Assembly (NCBI GenBank): GCA_944391955.1
Contig: CALXVG010000001.1
Span: 315,601-379,600, forward strand
DNA from: an uncultured Clostridia bacterium
GTDB lineage: Bacteria; Bacillota; Clostridia; TANB77; CAG-508
Direction: 5' to 3'
Length of the DNA: 64,000 nt
The translations under genes and the position numbers were made by a program. Positions within the stretch are counted from its first letter, which is position 1. Each line of letters starts with the position of its first letter. This document shows positions 30,845-40,317 of this stretch, one piece after another. The notes beneath the pieces are model-generated. The model saw nothing but the letters and a program-made list of their open reading frames with translations. It had not been told where the DNA came from and did not search any database.

Positions 30845-32050
30845 TTAAATCTTATATGTTCCTTCTAAATTACATATGTTTTGTGTGTCTAATATTGTTT
30901 TACCTTTTAATAAATTCATATTGTCTATTATTTCTTTATGTTTTACCATTATTATTACAAAGTCAACATCATTTAAGAAGGTTTTTAAATCATGATATTG
31001 GTTTTCTACAACATCTTCTTTTATAAATGGGTCATAAACCTTTAAAGGTTCTGCTAAATGTTTTTTCTGTGCTTCTAATAATTGTAATGTTGGGCTTTCA
31101 CGATAATCGTCAACATCTTCTTTATATGTTAATCCATATATTCCTACACGTTTATAGTCTTTTAGCCCTTTTTCTTTCATTATTTTACTTGTTAATTCTA
31201 GCACAAATGATGGCATTGAATCATTAACTTTCATTGATTCTCCTATTACTTTTGTTAAAGAAGGATAATCTCCTACTAAGAACCATGGGTCAACAGAAAT
31301 ACAATGTCCTCCAACGCCTGGTCCTGGATTTAGTATATTTACTCTTGGATGCATATTGCAAATTTTAATTATTTCATATACATTCATTCCGTTATGATTA
31401 CATATTTTTGCAAGTTCATTTGCAAAAGCTATATTTACTGCACGAAATGTGTTCTCTACTACTTTTGTCATTTCTGCACTTTTTATATCTGTTATTATTA
31501 CATCTCCACTAGTTGTTTTACGGTATATTTCAGCAACTTTTTCTCCTATTTCTTTTTCATCTGCTCCTATTGTTCTTGAATTATGTTTTAATTCGTAAAT
31601 CATGTTTCCAGGTATTATTCTTTCTGGTGCATGTACAAGATGAACTTTTTTGTTAATAATAGGTTTTACATATTTTTCAATAGTACCTGGAGATACTGTT
31701 GATTCAATAGCAATTATTGCTCCTTCATCACACACTTCTAATACATTTTTTACTGCATTTATAACATATGTTGCATCAACTTTTTTACTAAATTTATCAT
31801 ATGGTGTTGGCACAGAAACAATATACATTTCTGTTTTTGGATATTTATTTGTGAAAGTAATGTTACCACTCTTTATTGCTTTACTAAAAAGTTCTTCTAG
31901 TCCATCTTCTTTAAATGTTACTCTTCCTGCATTAAGTTCATCTACTAATTTTTTGTTATAATCTGTTCCTATTACCTTGTAACCAGCATTTGCCATTGTA
32001 AGTGCTGTTGGTAATCCTATGTATCCTAATCCTACCACGTTTATTTCCAT
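30845..32050 (-). CDS. Nucleotide-sugar dehydrogenase (UDP-ManNAc dehydrogenase WecC/Cap5O-like, or Ugd)
   Basis: N-terminal Rossmann 'INVVGLGYIGLPTA' and a catalytic-Cys region 'PGVGGHCI'; 401 aa. Confidence 0.8.
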   Translation of the reverse strand: MEINVVGLGYIGLPTALTMANAGYKVIGTDYNKKLVDELNAGRVTFKEDGLEELFSKAIKSGNITFTNKYPKTEMYIVSVPTPYDKFSKKVDATYVINAVKNVLEVCDEGAIIAIESTVSPGTIEKYVKPIINKKVHLVHAPERIIPGNMIYELKHNSRTIGADEKEIGEKVAEIYRKTTSGDVIITDIKSAEMTKVVENTFRAVNIAFANELAKICNHNGMNVYEIIKICNMHPRVNILNPGPGVGGHCISVDPWFLVGDYPSLTKVIGESMKVNDSMPSFVLELTSKIMKEKGLKDYKRVGIYGLTYKEDVDDYRESPTLQLLEAQKKHLAEPLKVYDPFIKEDVVENQYHDLKTFLNDVDFVIIMVKHKEIIDNMNLLKGKTILDTQNICNLEGTYKI

Positions 32051-32051
32051 A

Positions 32052-32792
32052 TTATTTACATCTCCTTTTATTATTTATGTTTTTTTCTAGTATTACATCA
32101 AATATAAATGAAACTATCTTAGTCTGCCTAAAAATTCTTTTCGGCTCTTTTATCAAACGATACAGCCATTCAAGACCTTTATTCTGTACCCATTTTGGAG
32201 CTCTCTTTTTGTGTCCGCTAATTACGTCAAATGAGCCACCTACTCCCAATAATATTTTACAATTTAATTTATTGAAGTTTTTAGATATGAATTTTTCTTG
32301 TTTTGGCGATCCTAGCGCTACAAATAGAATATCTGGATTACTATTATTGATTGTCTTTATTATTTTCTTTTCATCGTTTTCATAGCCATTTATATATCCG
32401 CAAATATTTATATTTTCATATTGTTCTTCAAGTTTTTGTTTTGCTTTTTCTATAATATCTGCTTTTGCGCCATACATAAATATTCTAAAGTTTTCTTTAT
32501 TTGATAAATCACATATCATTTCCATTGTGTCAATTCCGGTTATTCTTGATTTTATGTTTCCTTTTTTTATTTTTGATGCATAAATAATTCCTATTCCATC
32601 TGGTATTTGATATTGAGCATTATTCAAAATTTTTTTTAGTGATTCATCTTTTTTTGCTTTAATAACTTTTTCCGGATTTATAGTTACTATGTATGATTTT
32701 TTGTTTTTTTCTATGTCATTTTTAATAGCATTTCGCAGTTCTTCATAAGTTGTGACGCAAACATCTATTCCTAAGATTTTTTCCTTTTCCAT
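32052..32792 (-). CDS. WecB/TagA/CpsF family glycosyltransferase, second paralog
   Basis: 'MYGAKADI...VALGSPKQE...GVGGSFDVISGHKKRAPKW...EWLYRLIKEPKR'. Near-identical nucleotide stretches are shared with the 10822-11550 copy. Confidence 0.85.
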   Translation of the reverse strand: MEKEKILGIDVCVTTYEELRNAIKNDIEKNKKSYIVTINPEKVIKAKKDESLKKILNNAQYQIPDGIGIIYASKIKKGNIKSRITGIDTMEMICDLSNKENFRIFMYGAKADIIEKAKQKLEEQYENINICGYINGYENDEKKIIKTINNSNPDILFVALGSPKQEKFISKNFNKLNCKILLGVGGSFDVISGHKKRAPKWVQNKGLEWLYRLIKEPKRIFRQTKIVSFIFDVILEKNINNKRRCK

Positions 32793-33031
32793 AAATGCTC
32801 CTAAAATGTGATAATTTATTTTTAATCATCATATGAATTATTTGAAATAGTATCATAAAATGTAGACAATTGTCAAGATAAACGGGATAAAAATAATTTC
32901 CATAACAACTATTATGCATTTTTTTAAAATTTTTTTCTTCTTTTTTCCATGTAATTTTATCGTTTTTTTGCACATAATATTATTAGAAAAATGAATTAAC
33001 AGAAATCCATTTTTCTAAGGAGGATTTAAAG

Positions 33032-33199
33032 ATGTCAAGAAGTGAAAACTTAATGTCTGAAAATCTAAAAACAGAAATTGCAAAAGAGTTAGGAGTATAT
33101 GATATAGTTAAACGAGATGGTGGTTGGGGTAATGTTTCTGCACAAAAATGTGGTTCAATGGTAGCAAAAGCAATAGAAATAGCTAATAGAAGTGTTTAA
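33032..33199 (+). CDS. Small acid-soluble spore protein, alpha/beta type
   Basis: 55-aa ORF below the ORF-track cutoff: MSRSENLMSENLKTEIAKELGVYDIVKRDGGWGNVSAQKCGSMVAKAIEIANRSV. It has the SASP motifs 'K.EIA.ELGV' and 'S..CGS'. A strong SD (AAGGAGG, 8 nt upstream) and a terminator follow. Confidence 0.8.
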   Translation: MSRSENLMSENLKTEIAKELGVYDIVKRDGGWGNVSAQKCGSMVAKAIEIANRSV

Positions 33200-33214
33200 G
33201 TAAAAGACAAAAAT

Positions 33215-33246
33215 ATAACCCCAAATTTGGGGTTATATTTTTTTAT
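33215..33246. terminator. Bidirectional rho-independent terminator (SASP gene / LPXTG gene)
   Basis: Perfect palindrome ATAACCCCAAATTTGGGGTTAT followed by a T-run. It lies between convergent stops at 33199 and 33253. Confidence 0.7.
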
Positions 33247-33252
33247 TGTTTA

Positions 33253-36200
33253 TTATCTTCTTCTTATTCTTCTGTATTCAAATATTGCAAATACACTTAA
33301 TGCAATTACTGCAATTACTAATATTATTATTATTGAATAATTACCTGTATATGGTAGTTCTCCTGGGTTAGTTGTATCTTTAGGCTCTGCACTAATTCCT
33401 ACTGTATTTGATGATGTTTCTTCTCCATTGTTAGCATTTACTGTTGCAGTATTAGAAATTCTTACATTTCCTGTTAATGAATTTACTATTACTGAGAACT
33501 CTAGTGTTTCACTTTCTCCTGGTTCCAATAGTTCAATTGTTTTTGTTACTTGTGTTCTTGTATTATCACTTATATATTCGTTTCCAACTTTTTCTACATA
33601 AGTTGTATATTCTGGTATATTATCTGTGATTATTACATCATGTGCATTGCAGTCTCCTGTATTTGTAACTGTAATTGTATATGTTATGATATCTCCTTCT
33701 TTTACTGTTGTACCTGTTGATATAGAACTTGTTTTTTGAAGGCTTAATTGTGGCACACTTATTTGTGAGTCAATACCTACTTCATTTGTAGAAATTTCTG
33801 GACTATTTTCTGCACTTACTTTTGCTGTATTTTTTATAGTTCCATTTGTTGGAATTTCATCAACAATTACTTGGAATGAGAATGATCGATGTTCTCCAGC
33901 TGCTAATACAGGTATTGTATGTGATATATCAGTTTTATCAGGATCTTTTGTATTATTTTCATAATAAATTGTATGCTCTGGTACTGTATCACTTATTACT
34001 ACGTTATATGCTGGTGTATCACCATCATTATAAACTGTAATTGTGTATGTTATGATGTCTCCTTCTTTTACTACTGTTCCCTCAGCTATAGAACTTGTTT
34101 TTTCTACTCTTATATTTGGTACTGTTATATCTGCTGATATTCCAACAGTGTTAGATGATGTGTCTGGTACATTGTCTCCTGTTACAGTTGCTGTATTTCT
34201 TATTTGTGTTGCAGTACTTATTCTGCCTACTTTAACAGTGAAAGATATTGAGAAGCTATCTCCTGGGTCCAATGTTGCTCTGGTTTCTGATATTTCTGTT
34301 ATTGAAGAATTTTCTGTGTTTGTTGTTGTATCATAATATGTTGTTCCTGTTGGTACAGTATCTTTTATTGTTATATTTTCTGCTGCTTCATATCCATCAT
34401 TGTAAACTGTGATTGTGTATGTAATTAAATCCCCTTCTTTTACTGTAGCTCCAGCAGCTATTGAACTGGTTTTCTCTACTCTTAATATTGCTTCTGATGT
34501 ACTTGCTGGAATTTCTACTGTATTAGAAGTTTCTGTTTCTCCTCCATCATATGTAACTGTTGCAGCATTTTGTATAATTGTATCTTCAGTTATTGGGTCA
34601 ACAACAACTGTAAAACTAAATTCATATGTTTCTCCTGGTGCTAAAACATCTTTAGGATCTGAAGAAATACTTACTTTTTCTGGGTCTAATGCTCCTGTTG
34701 TTGGGTCTTTATATGTTGTATTTTTTGGAATAGCGTCATGTATAATTACATTTTTTGCTATACCGTCTCCATCGTTACGAACAATTATTGTATATGTTAT
34801 TTCGTCTCCTTCTCTTACTGTTTGTCCATCTGGTATTGAACTTGTTTTAGTAACAGTTAAGTTTGGTGTACTTGTAACTGCAGATATTTCTGTTGGGTTT
34901 GATGGTACTGTCTCTATACCATCAGCTGAAACATTTGCTGTATTGTTTATTGTTGTATTTGCTGTTATTTCTGTAACCATTACTGAAAAACTATATGTGT
35001 ATGAATCTCCTGCTGCTATTGTTCCAATATCTTCTGTAATTGTAGTTTTACTTGCATCTTGAATATATCCTCCTGCTCCATCTGAAGTTACATATATTGT
35101 ATTTGCTGGTATATTATCAGTAAGAACTACATTTTCTGCATCTACTTCTCCACTATTTCTAATAGTAATTGTATATGTTATAATGTCTCCTTCTTTTACT
35201 GTAGCTCCATCAGCTATTGAACTTGTCTTCTCTGCACTTATTATTGGACCTGTTCCTGTTGTTAAACCAACTTTTGCTGATTCTGAAGTATTCGTTGTTC
35301 CATCTGCTGTATAGTATCCTCCAAAGTTTGCAAAAAGTTCTTTTCCATAGTTTAATCCTGGCATAACATAGAATTCATATGAAAATTTTACTTGTTCGCC
35401 TACATCTAAAGTATCATCTATTACTATTAAATATGATTTAATTGATGATAGCGCATCTGGTGATGTTGTCCAATTGTTTGATGCTAAATCTAAATCTTTT
35501 GTTGCATTTAAATTATCTGAATAGTATATTGTAACATTGTTTTTACTTGTTAGTTGGGTTATTGTGCTTGTTAATACTGTATCTATTGTTGTTCCTAAAT
35601 CGCCTCCAGATATTGCATATTTGTTTCCAGTATAAGGAATTCTTCCTAATAATGTTATTCCACTAACAGGAACTGTATGATTGTTTTGAGCTATTAATGT
35701 CATTACTGGGAAAGCACCATCTCTTCCCATAACTGCTGCTGTATCTTTATCATTTACTGAATTTACTGTTTCTGTTCCATTATAATTACTTATTTCAGAT
35801 ACACATAGAAGATTTGTATCTGTAACAAAGTTTATGTCGCTAGTTGCTACACCACATGCTGTACCATCTGCAAAAACATGGTCTCCTTCTGCTTCACCTG
35901 TTGCTGAAGTTGTTAAAGCCCAAGTTCCCGGATTTTGATACTCGCATGCTGCGTCATTTATATAATATAATTTAACTTCTTGTGATAAGTTTGATGCATA
36001 TTTGTTTACTAATACTTTTAGTTTTAATGTTATACTTGTAGGTTTGTCGTATATGTCTTTTTGAGCACCTGTACAATTAAATACCAAATGTAATTTTCCA
36101 TCAACCACTTTAATTTTAGCTTCATTAAATGCTATATTCATTTGTGTTGTGCCATCACTTTGATTAGTGAATTGATATTCAAAACTAGTATTTAAACCAG

Positions 36201-38097
36201 TTATATATGATGGTAATTCTACGTCAAAAGTTGGAGTATACCATGCATCTGTATAATCTTCTATATCATCTAATACTATTTTTAGCTCTAACTCTTGTGG
36301 TTCTGGATTAGTTGCATCTAAAGTTGATGTCATAACATTAATATTTGCGTTTGTATAACTATCTGCAAAAGTTATTTCATCAATTACCAATGGTGAACGA
36401 TCATCTATTTCAAAATTTGTTGGATCTGCCACTGTAGCTTTATATAAATTGAAATGTGCATATGCACTTGTCATTTGTTGTATTTGCTCAAGTGTAAATG
36501 GCAAATCTTGTGTAATTTTTCTTGTGTAACTTACTTCTATTGAACTTAGGTCTGTTTGAGGTTGACTCGTTTCTAACACTATATTTTCTGCACTGCTTTG
36601 ATATGTATCTGGCATATCAAACTCATATTCATTATTCGAATTAAGTGTTGTACTACTATTTATCGTTCCTATAAGGTATCCATTATTATCATAAACATTT
36701 ATATATCCTGAACTACCTAAGAATTCTGTGAATGAATCTTTACTAACTCTAAGTTGTGAAATAGGTGCATAATTTACTCCTCCAATATATGAATCAGTTT
36801 CTACACCATTTATCATAAATTTTAATTGTGTAAATTCCAATTTAAAAGAATTTACATTTGAAGTGTTCTCTGTAGATAAACGAAGGGTTCTCTCAAATGC
36901 TTGATAATATCTTCTTGTTCCTGGTAATGAATTTATATACATAGGTTTCTTATCTGTTGCATTTTGTTCTACGCCCATCAATCTGTTTATCGCTAAAGTT
37001 TCATCAATTGCTGACGAAATATCAATAGTTGATGTATTAGAATATAATGTCATCGTTCCTGTTGCTTTACTCGTAATTGTAACTGGTAATGCAAATGCAT
37101 CATATGCTGCTTTTGGATATGTATATTTAATAACATATTCATCTGCTCCTCGATAAAACGCAACTTTTCCTGAAGCATCTGCTGGATTATCTACTGTAAT
37201 TGTAATTTTTCCTGTAGCTGAATCCCAATTATAATTACTTGAATTAAAACTTACATTAGTTTCATCTTCTCCATTTGTTGCTAAAGTTTTATTAGCTGTT
37301 ACTTCAACACTTGTAGGAGCCACTCCTTGATATGTAGGAACATCAACAACAATTTTTGTTTGTTTTACTGGTAATAGATTAGTTTTTCCAGTAAAATTTA
37401 TCATATTTTTTACTACAGTTTCTACTGTAATTGTTTCATTCTTATTCTTTGTATGTGTTTGAACAAACTGGTCTAAATCCATTGTAAGATTTGCAGTCCA
37501 ACCAACATTAAAATTTATTTCCTTATAAACAGTCGAAATTCTTCCGCTACTATCTGTACATGTAGCAGTAAATACCGCTTTACTTGTTTCATTTAATTTA
37601 GCTGGATTTATTTCATTAGGAAAGTCTGGAAATATGTTGCAAGCTAAACTAAGTCCTGATGTTAAAGTATTAAAATTAACTGTTTTTGTAGTATCATTTG
37701 AAGATGCAATATATTCATTAGATATTGTTCCAAAACCTATACTCCAGTTTAAATCTGTTCCATTAGAAGAATCATAAAATTGAATTTGTGCATTTGAAAG
37801 TGTACAACCTGAAAGAAGTCCAATATTTAAATAAATTCTTGGATATTCTGGATTGACATCTGCTACCAAGCTATGATTTGTTATATTATGCTCACCGTCT
37901 TGTTCAAATCCAACATCAAATAATACATTGCTATTGTTCGTTGTATTTGTTTGATCTTCTAATCCTGCAGCATAGCTAGAATCTTCGGTTATAAAGAATA
38001 ATCCCAATGTTGCTATTCCCAATATGCTTAAAATCATAAAAATTAAAATGATGTTATTGATAGTTTTTCTACTCAAGACGAAAACCTCCCATTTCAT
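33253..38097 (-). CDS. LPXTG-anchored cell-surface protein with multiple DUF11-type repeats
   Basis: 1614 aa with an N-terminal signal/TM. There are ~8 tandem ~125-aa repeats of the form '...KTSSIA.G.TVKEGD.ITYTI.V.N.G...'. The C-terminus 'LPYTGN' plus a hydrophobic stretch plus 'RRIRRR' is a sortase sorting signal. Confidence 0.85.
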   Translation of the reverse strand: MKWEVFVLSRKTINNIILIFMILSILGIATLGLFFITEDSSYAAGLEDQTNTTNNSNVLFDVGFEQDGEHNITNHSLVADVNPEYPRIYLNIGLLSGCTLSNAQIQFYDSSNGTDLNWSIGFGTISNEYIASSNDTTKTVNFNTLTSGLSLACNIFPDFPNEINPAKLNETSKAVFTATCTDSSGRISTVYKEINFNVGWTANLTMDLDQFVQTHTKNKNETITVETVVKNMINFTGKTNLLPVKQTKIVVDVPTYQGVAPTSVEVTANKTLATNGEDETNVSFNSSNYNWDSATGKITITVDNPADASGKVAFYRGADEYVIKYTYPKAAYDAFALPVTITSKATGTMTLYSNTSTIDISSAIDETLAINRLMGVEQNATDKKPMYINSLPGTRRYYQAFERTLRLSTENTSNVNSFKLEFTQLKFMINGVETDSYIGGVNYAPISQLRVSKDSFTEFLGSSGYINVYDNNGYLIGTINSSTTLNSNNEYEFDMPDTYQSSAENIVLETSQPQTDLSSIEVSYTRKITQDLPFTLEQIQQMTSAYAHFNLYKATVADPTNFEIDDRSPLVIDEITFADSYTNANINVMTSTLDATNPEPQELELKIVLDDIEDYTDAWYTPTFDVELPSYITGLNTSFEYQFTNQSDGTTQMNIAFNEAKIKVVDGKLHLVFNCTGAQKDIYDKPTSITLKLKVLVNKYASNLSQEVKLYYINDAACEYQNPGTWALTTSATGEAEGDHVFADGTACGVATSDINFVTDTNLLCVSEISNYNGTETVNSVNDKDTAAVMGRDGAFPVMTLIAQNNHTVPVSGITLLGRIPYTGNKYAISGGDLGTTIDTVLTSTITQLTSKNNVTIYYSDNLNATKDLDLASNNWTTSPDALSSIKSYLIVIDDTLDVGEQVKFSYEFYVMPGLNYGKELFANFGGYYTADGTTNTSESAKVGLTTGTGPIISAEKTSSIADGATVKEGDIITYTITIRNSGEVDAENVVLTDNIPANTIYVTSDGAGGYIQDASKTTITEDIGTIAAGDSYTYSFSVMVTEITANTTINNTANVSADGIETVPSNPTEISAVTSTPNLTVTKTSSIPDGQTVREGDEITYTIIVRNDGDGIAKNVIIHDAIPKNTTYKDPTTGALDPEKVSISSDPKDVLAPGETYEFSFTVVVDPITEDTIIQNAATVTYDGGETETSNTVEIPASTSEAILRVEKTSSIAAGATVKEGDLITYTITVYNDGYEAAENITIKDTVPTGTTYYDTTTNTENSSITEISETRATLDPGDSFSISFTVKVGRISTATQIRNTATVTGDNVPDTSSNTVGISADITVPNIRVEKTSSIAEGTVVKEGDIITYTITVYNDGDTPAYNVVISDTVPEHTIYYENNTKDPDKTDISHTIPVLAAGEHRSFSFQVIVDEIPTNGTIKNTAKVSAENSPEISTNEVGIDSQISVPQLSLQKTSSISTGTTVKEGDIITYTITVTNTGDCNAHDVIITDNIPEYTTYVEKVGNEYISDNTRTQVTKTIELLEPGESETLEFSVIVNSLTGNVRISNTATVNANNGEETSSNTVGISAEPKDTTNPGELPYTGNYSIIIILVIAVIALSVFAIFEYRRIRRR

Positions 38098-38294
38098 TTG
38101 TTATATTTTCTTAAATCTTACTCTCAAAAAAACAAAGTGTCAATATATGTTGAAATATCAATGAAAATGAAAGATTTTTCTTTTTTTACGGAAATACGGC
38201 TAAAAGAAAGATTTTTATCAAATATTAAATTTATATTACAAGGATATAACCAAAATATGATTATATCCTTAATTTCCTTAGGGCTGTGCTAGTT

Positions 38295-39659
38295 TTATTG
38301 TGTTAGTATTCCATTTGGTGTTTCTATTATTACTAAAATATTTTCTTCTTTTCCTGTGTTAGCATTTATATATACTAAAAAATCTGTGTCATAAATTTTA
38401 CCTTTGAATTCATAACAAAATACTTCTGTTTTCCACTCTGTTGGAATGATTGCTAATCCTGAACTTGTAATTTCTAGTTTTTGGTTTAAACTGTCTTTTG
38501 CTTCATCCATTGTTATAGTTGGTTCTTCAATATTTCTTTCAGTATGATTGTTCAAATATCCTGTTGTTTCTATCCCTAATATTTCTCCATTATCTAATGC
38601 AACTTTTAATTTTATTAAATCTGCATATATTGTTACATCTTCTTGAACATATGCATAATTTATTGTAACAGCTCCTCCTTCTTTTAGATAATAAGTTGCT
38701 TTCATATTTGGTATTCCAAGACTTTCTAGGAACTTTTGTCCTATCTCATTTGCTTCATCTTGTGAAAGTTTTTCTTCTTGTACATCTCTATTATGATTTG
38801 CTACTACTATGTGTCCACCTTTTTTTGATATTGCAATTGTAAGGATTCCCTCATTTTTTAATGTTGCCATAAAGTCATATACTACTATATTTCCATTTTC
38901 TACTAAACTAGTTAATTCTATTTTTTCCAATCTGTCTTCACCAATAAAACTTATTGCTTTTTCTTTTGCTTGTTCTTCTGTTATTTCTTCTCCAACTAAT
39001 CCTTTCTTTTCTGCACTTTCCATATGTTCTGAATATGCTCCATCATAGATGAGTCCTTCATATTCTCCAAAGTTTTTATCAATATTACTAAAACTTGTTG
39101 CAGATAAATTATCTACTTGTTGCGCAAATGCAGTATCTACATCTTCAGTTAATTCTTTCCAACTTATTCTACCACTACTCATATCTGCTGATAATTGTTC
39201 TAATATATCTGATAAATCAACTGAATAATCATATAGCTCTTTTAAATTATCTAATTCTTCTTGTGTTAAGTTTTCACCTTCTATGGATTTTGTTGCAAGT
39301 GTAAAACTATAATCACTTACTTGATTTAAAAATTTATCTGTATTTGATAATTCATTACTTGATATTGGTAATTGAGTCATATAACTTAATGCTAAGTTTG
39401 CTTCTCTCCATACATGCATTAAGGTTTCTGCTGCATGCTCTGATGAGCTTGAAATCATGGCTTTTGCAAGATAGTTTTCTACATCTTTTACATAGTCTAC
39501 AACTTGATAAAATGCAAAATTATAGTTGTTTTCTGTTGCAATAGTGTATTGATTTTTCTCTTTATATAGCATTATTCCTAATACAACTAGTGCAATTATA
39601 AGAATTATTGCCACTCCATACATGTAATTTTTTTTCATTGTTTTTAAAATTTTATTCAT
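38295..39659 (-). CDS. ypeB: Germination protein YpeB
   Basis: 454 aa with an N-terminal TM and two predicted C-terminal PepSY-like regions. It is immediately downstream of the sleB-like gene, in the conserved sleB-ypeB order. Confidence 0.85.
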   Translation of the reverse strand: MNKILKTMKKNYMYGVAIILIIALVVLGIMLYKEKNQYTIATENNYNFAFYQVVDYVKDVENYLAKAMISSSSEHAAETLMHVWREANLALSYMTQLPISSNELSNTDKFLNQVSDYSFTLATKSIEGENLTQEELDNLKELYDYSVDLSDILEQLSADMSSGRISWKELTEDVDTAFAQQVDNLSATSFSNIDKNFGEYEGLIYDGAYSEHMESAEKKGLVGEEITEEQAKEKAISFIGEDRLEKIELTSLVENGNIVVYDFMATLKNEGILTIAISKKGGHIVVANHNRDVQEEKLSQDEANEIGQKFLESLGIPNMKATYYLKEGGAVTINYAYVQEDVTIYADLIKLKVALDNGEILGIETTGYLNNHTERNIEEPTITMDEAKDSLNQKLEITSSGLAIIPTEWKTEVFCYEFKGKIYDTDFLVYINANTGKEENILVIIETPNGILTQ

Positions 39660-39680
39660 TTTATCTTCCCTTCCATTAAT

Positions 39681-40136
39681 TTATTTACAAAAATGATGTT
39701 TTCCAATTGTTTTTACTATTGTTTTTGACCAAATCCAACTATTTGTTGCTGTATTTGGATTGAAATAATATATACAACCATTTGTTGGGTCCCAGCCGTT
39801 CATTGCATCTCTTGCTGCTTTATATACTGTTGAATTTTCATCTATTGGATGATTTATTTGTCCATCTGATACTGCTGTAAATGCACCTGGTTGATATATA
39901 ACTCCTGCTATTGTGTTTGGGAAATCTGGATGTTTTACTCTATTTAAAATAACTGCACCAACTGCAACTTGTCCTTCATAGCTTTCTCCTCTTGCTTCTC
40001 CATTTATAGCTCTTGCTAGTAATTGTATATCTGATGTTTGACTATTTTGTTGTGCATATTTAGTATTTTCTGTTGAAAAAAATACTAATAGAAACACTAA
40101 CATGATGCTCGTAAAAAAAATAATTAATTTTTTCAT
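39681..40136 (-). CDS. sleB: Spore cortex-lytic enzyme / cell wall hydrolase (SleB/CwlJ family)
   Basis: Signal peptide followed by the Hydrolase_2 domain motif 'ARAINGEARGESYEGQVAVGAVILNRV'. Confidence 0.8.
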   Translation of the reverse strand: MKKLIIFFTSIMLVFLLVFFSTENTKYAQQNSQTSDIQLLARAINGEARGESYEGQVAVGAVILNRVKHPDFPNTIAGVIYQPGAFTAVSDGQINHPIDENSTVYKAARDAMNGWDPTNGCIYYFNPNTATNSWIWSKTIVKTIGKHHFCK

Positions 40137-40317
40137 ATATCTCTTTACTCCTTGTTTTAATTATATTTTAATATGTTTGTAATATAATATTATAAATTTT
40201 CTTTAAGCTTTTAATACATTTAGCTTTAATATGGTTATTTTGCCTGAATTTTATTAAAATATACTTTTTTTGTTAAAAATATGCTATAATGTATTGTTAG
40301 AAGAAATGTGAGGTTTT

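Noticed and set aside
32743-32973. 76-aa minus-strand ORF overlapping the 5' end of the second tagA
   Set aside because: It overlaps the tagA start region in another frame and is a low-complexity basic peptide. It is more likely part of the promoter or leader.
34043-35062. Plus-strand ORFs of 97 and 217 aa inside the LPXTG gene
   Set aside because: They are antisense shadows of the DUF11-type tandem repeats. The products are repetitive and hydrophobic, with no SD, and lie wholly inside a well-supported minus-strand gene.
38098-38292. 64-aa plus-strand ORF between the LPXTG gene start and the ypeB end
   Set aside because: It lies in the AT-rich promoter region of the surface-protein gene, has no SD, and is likely non-coding.
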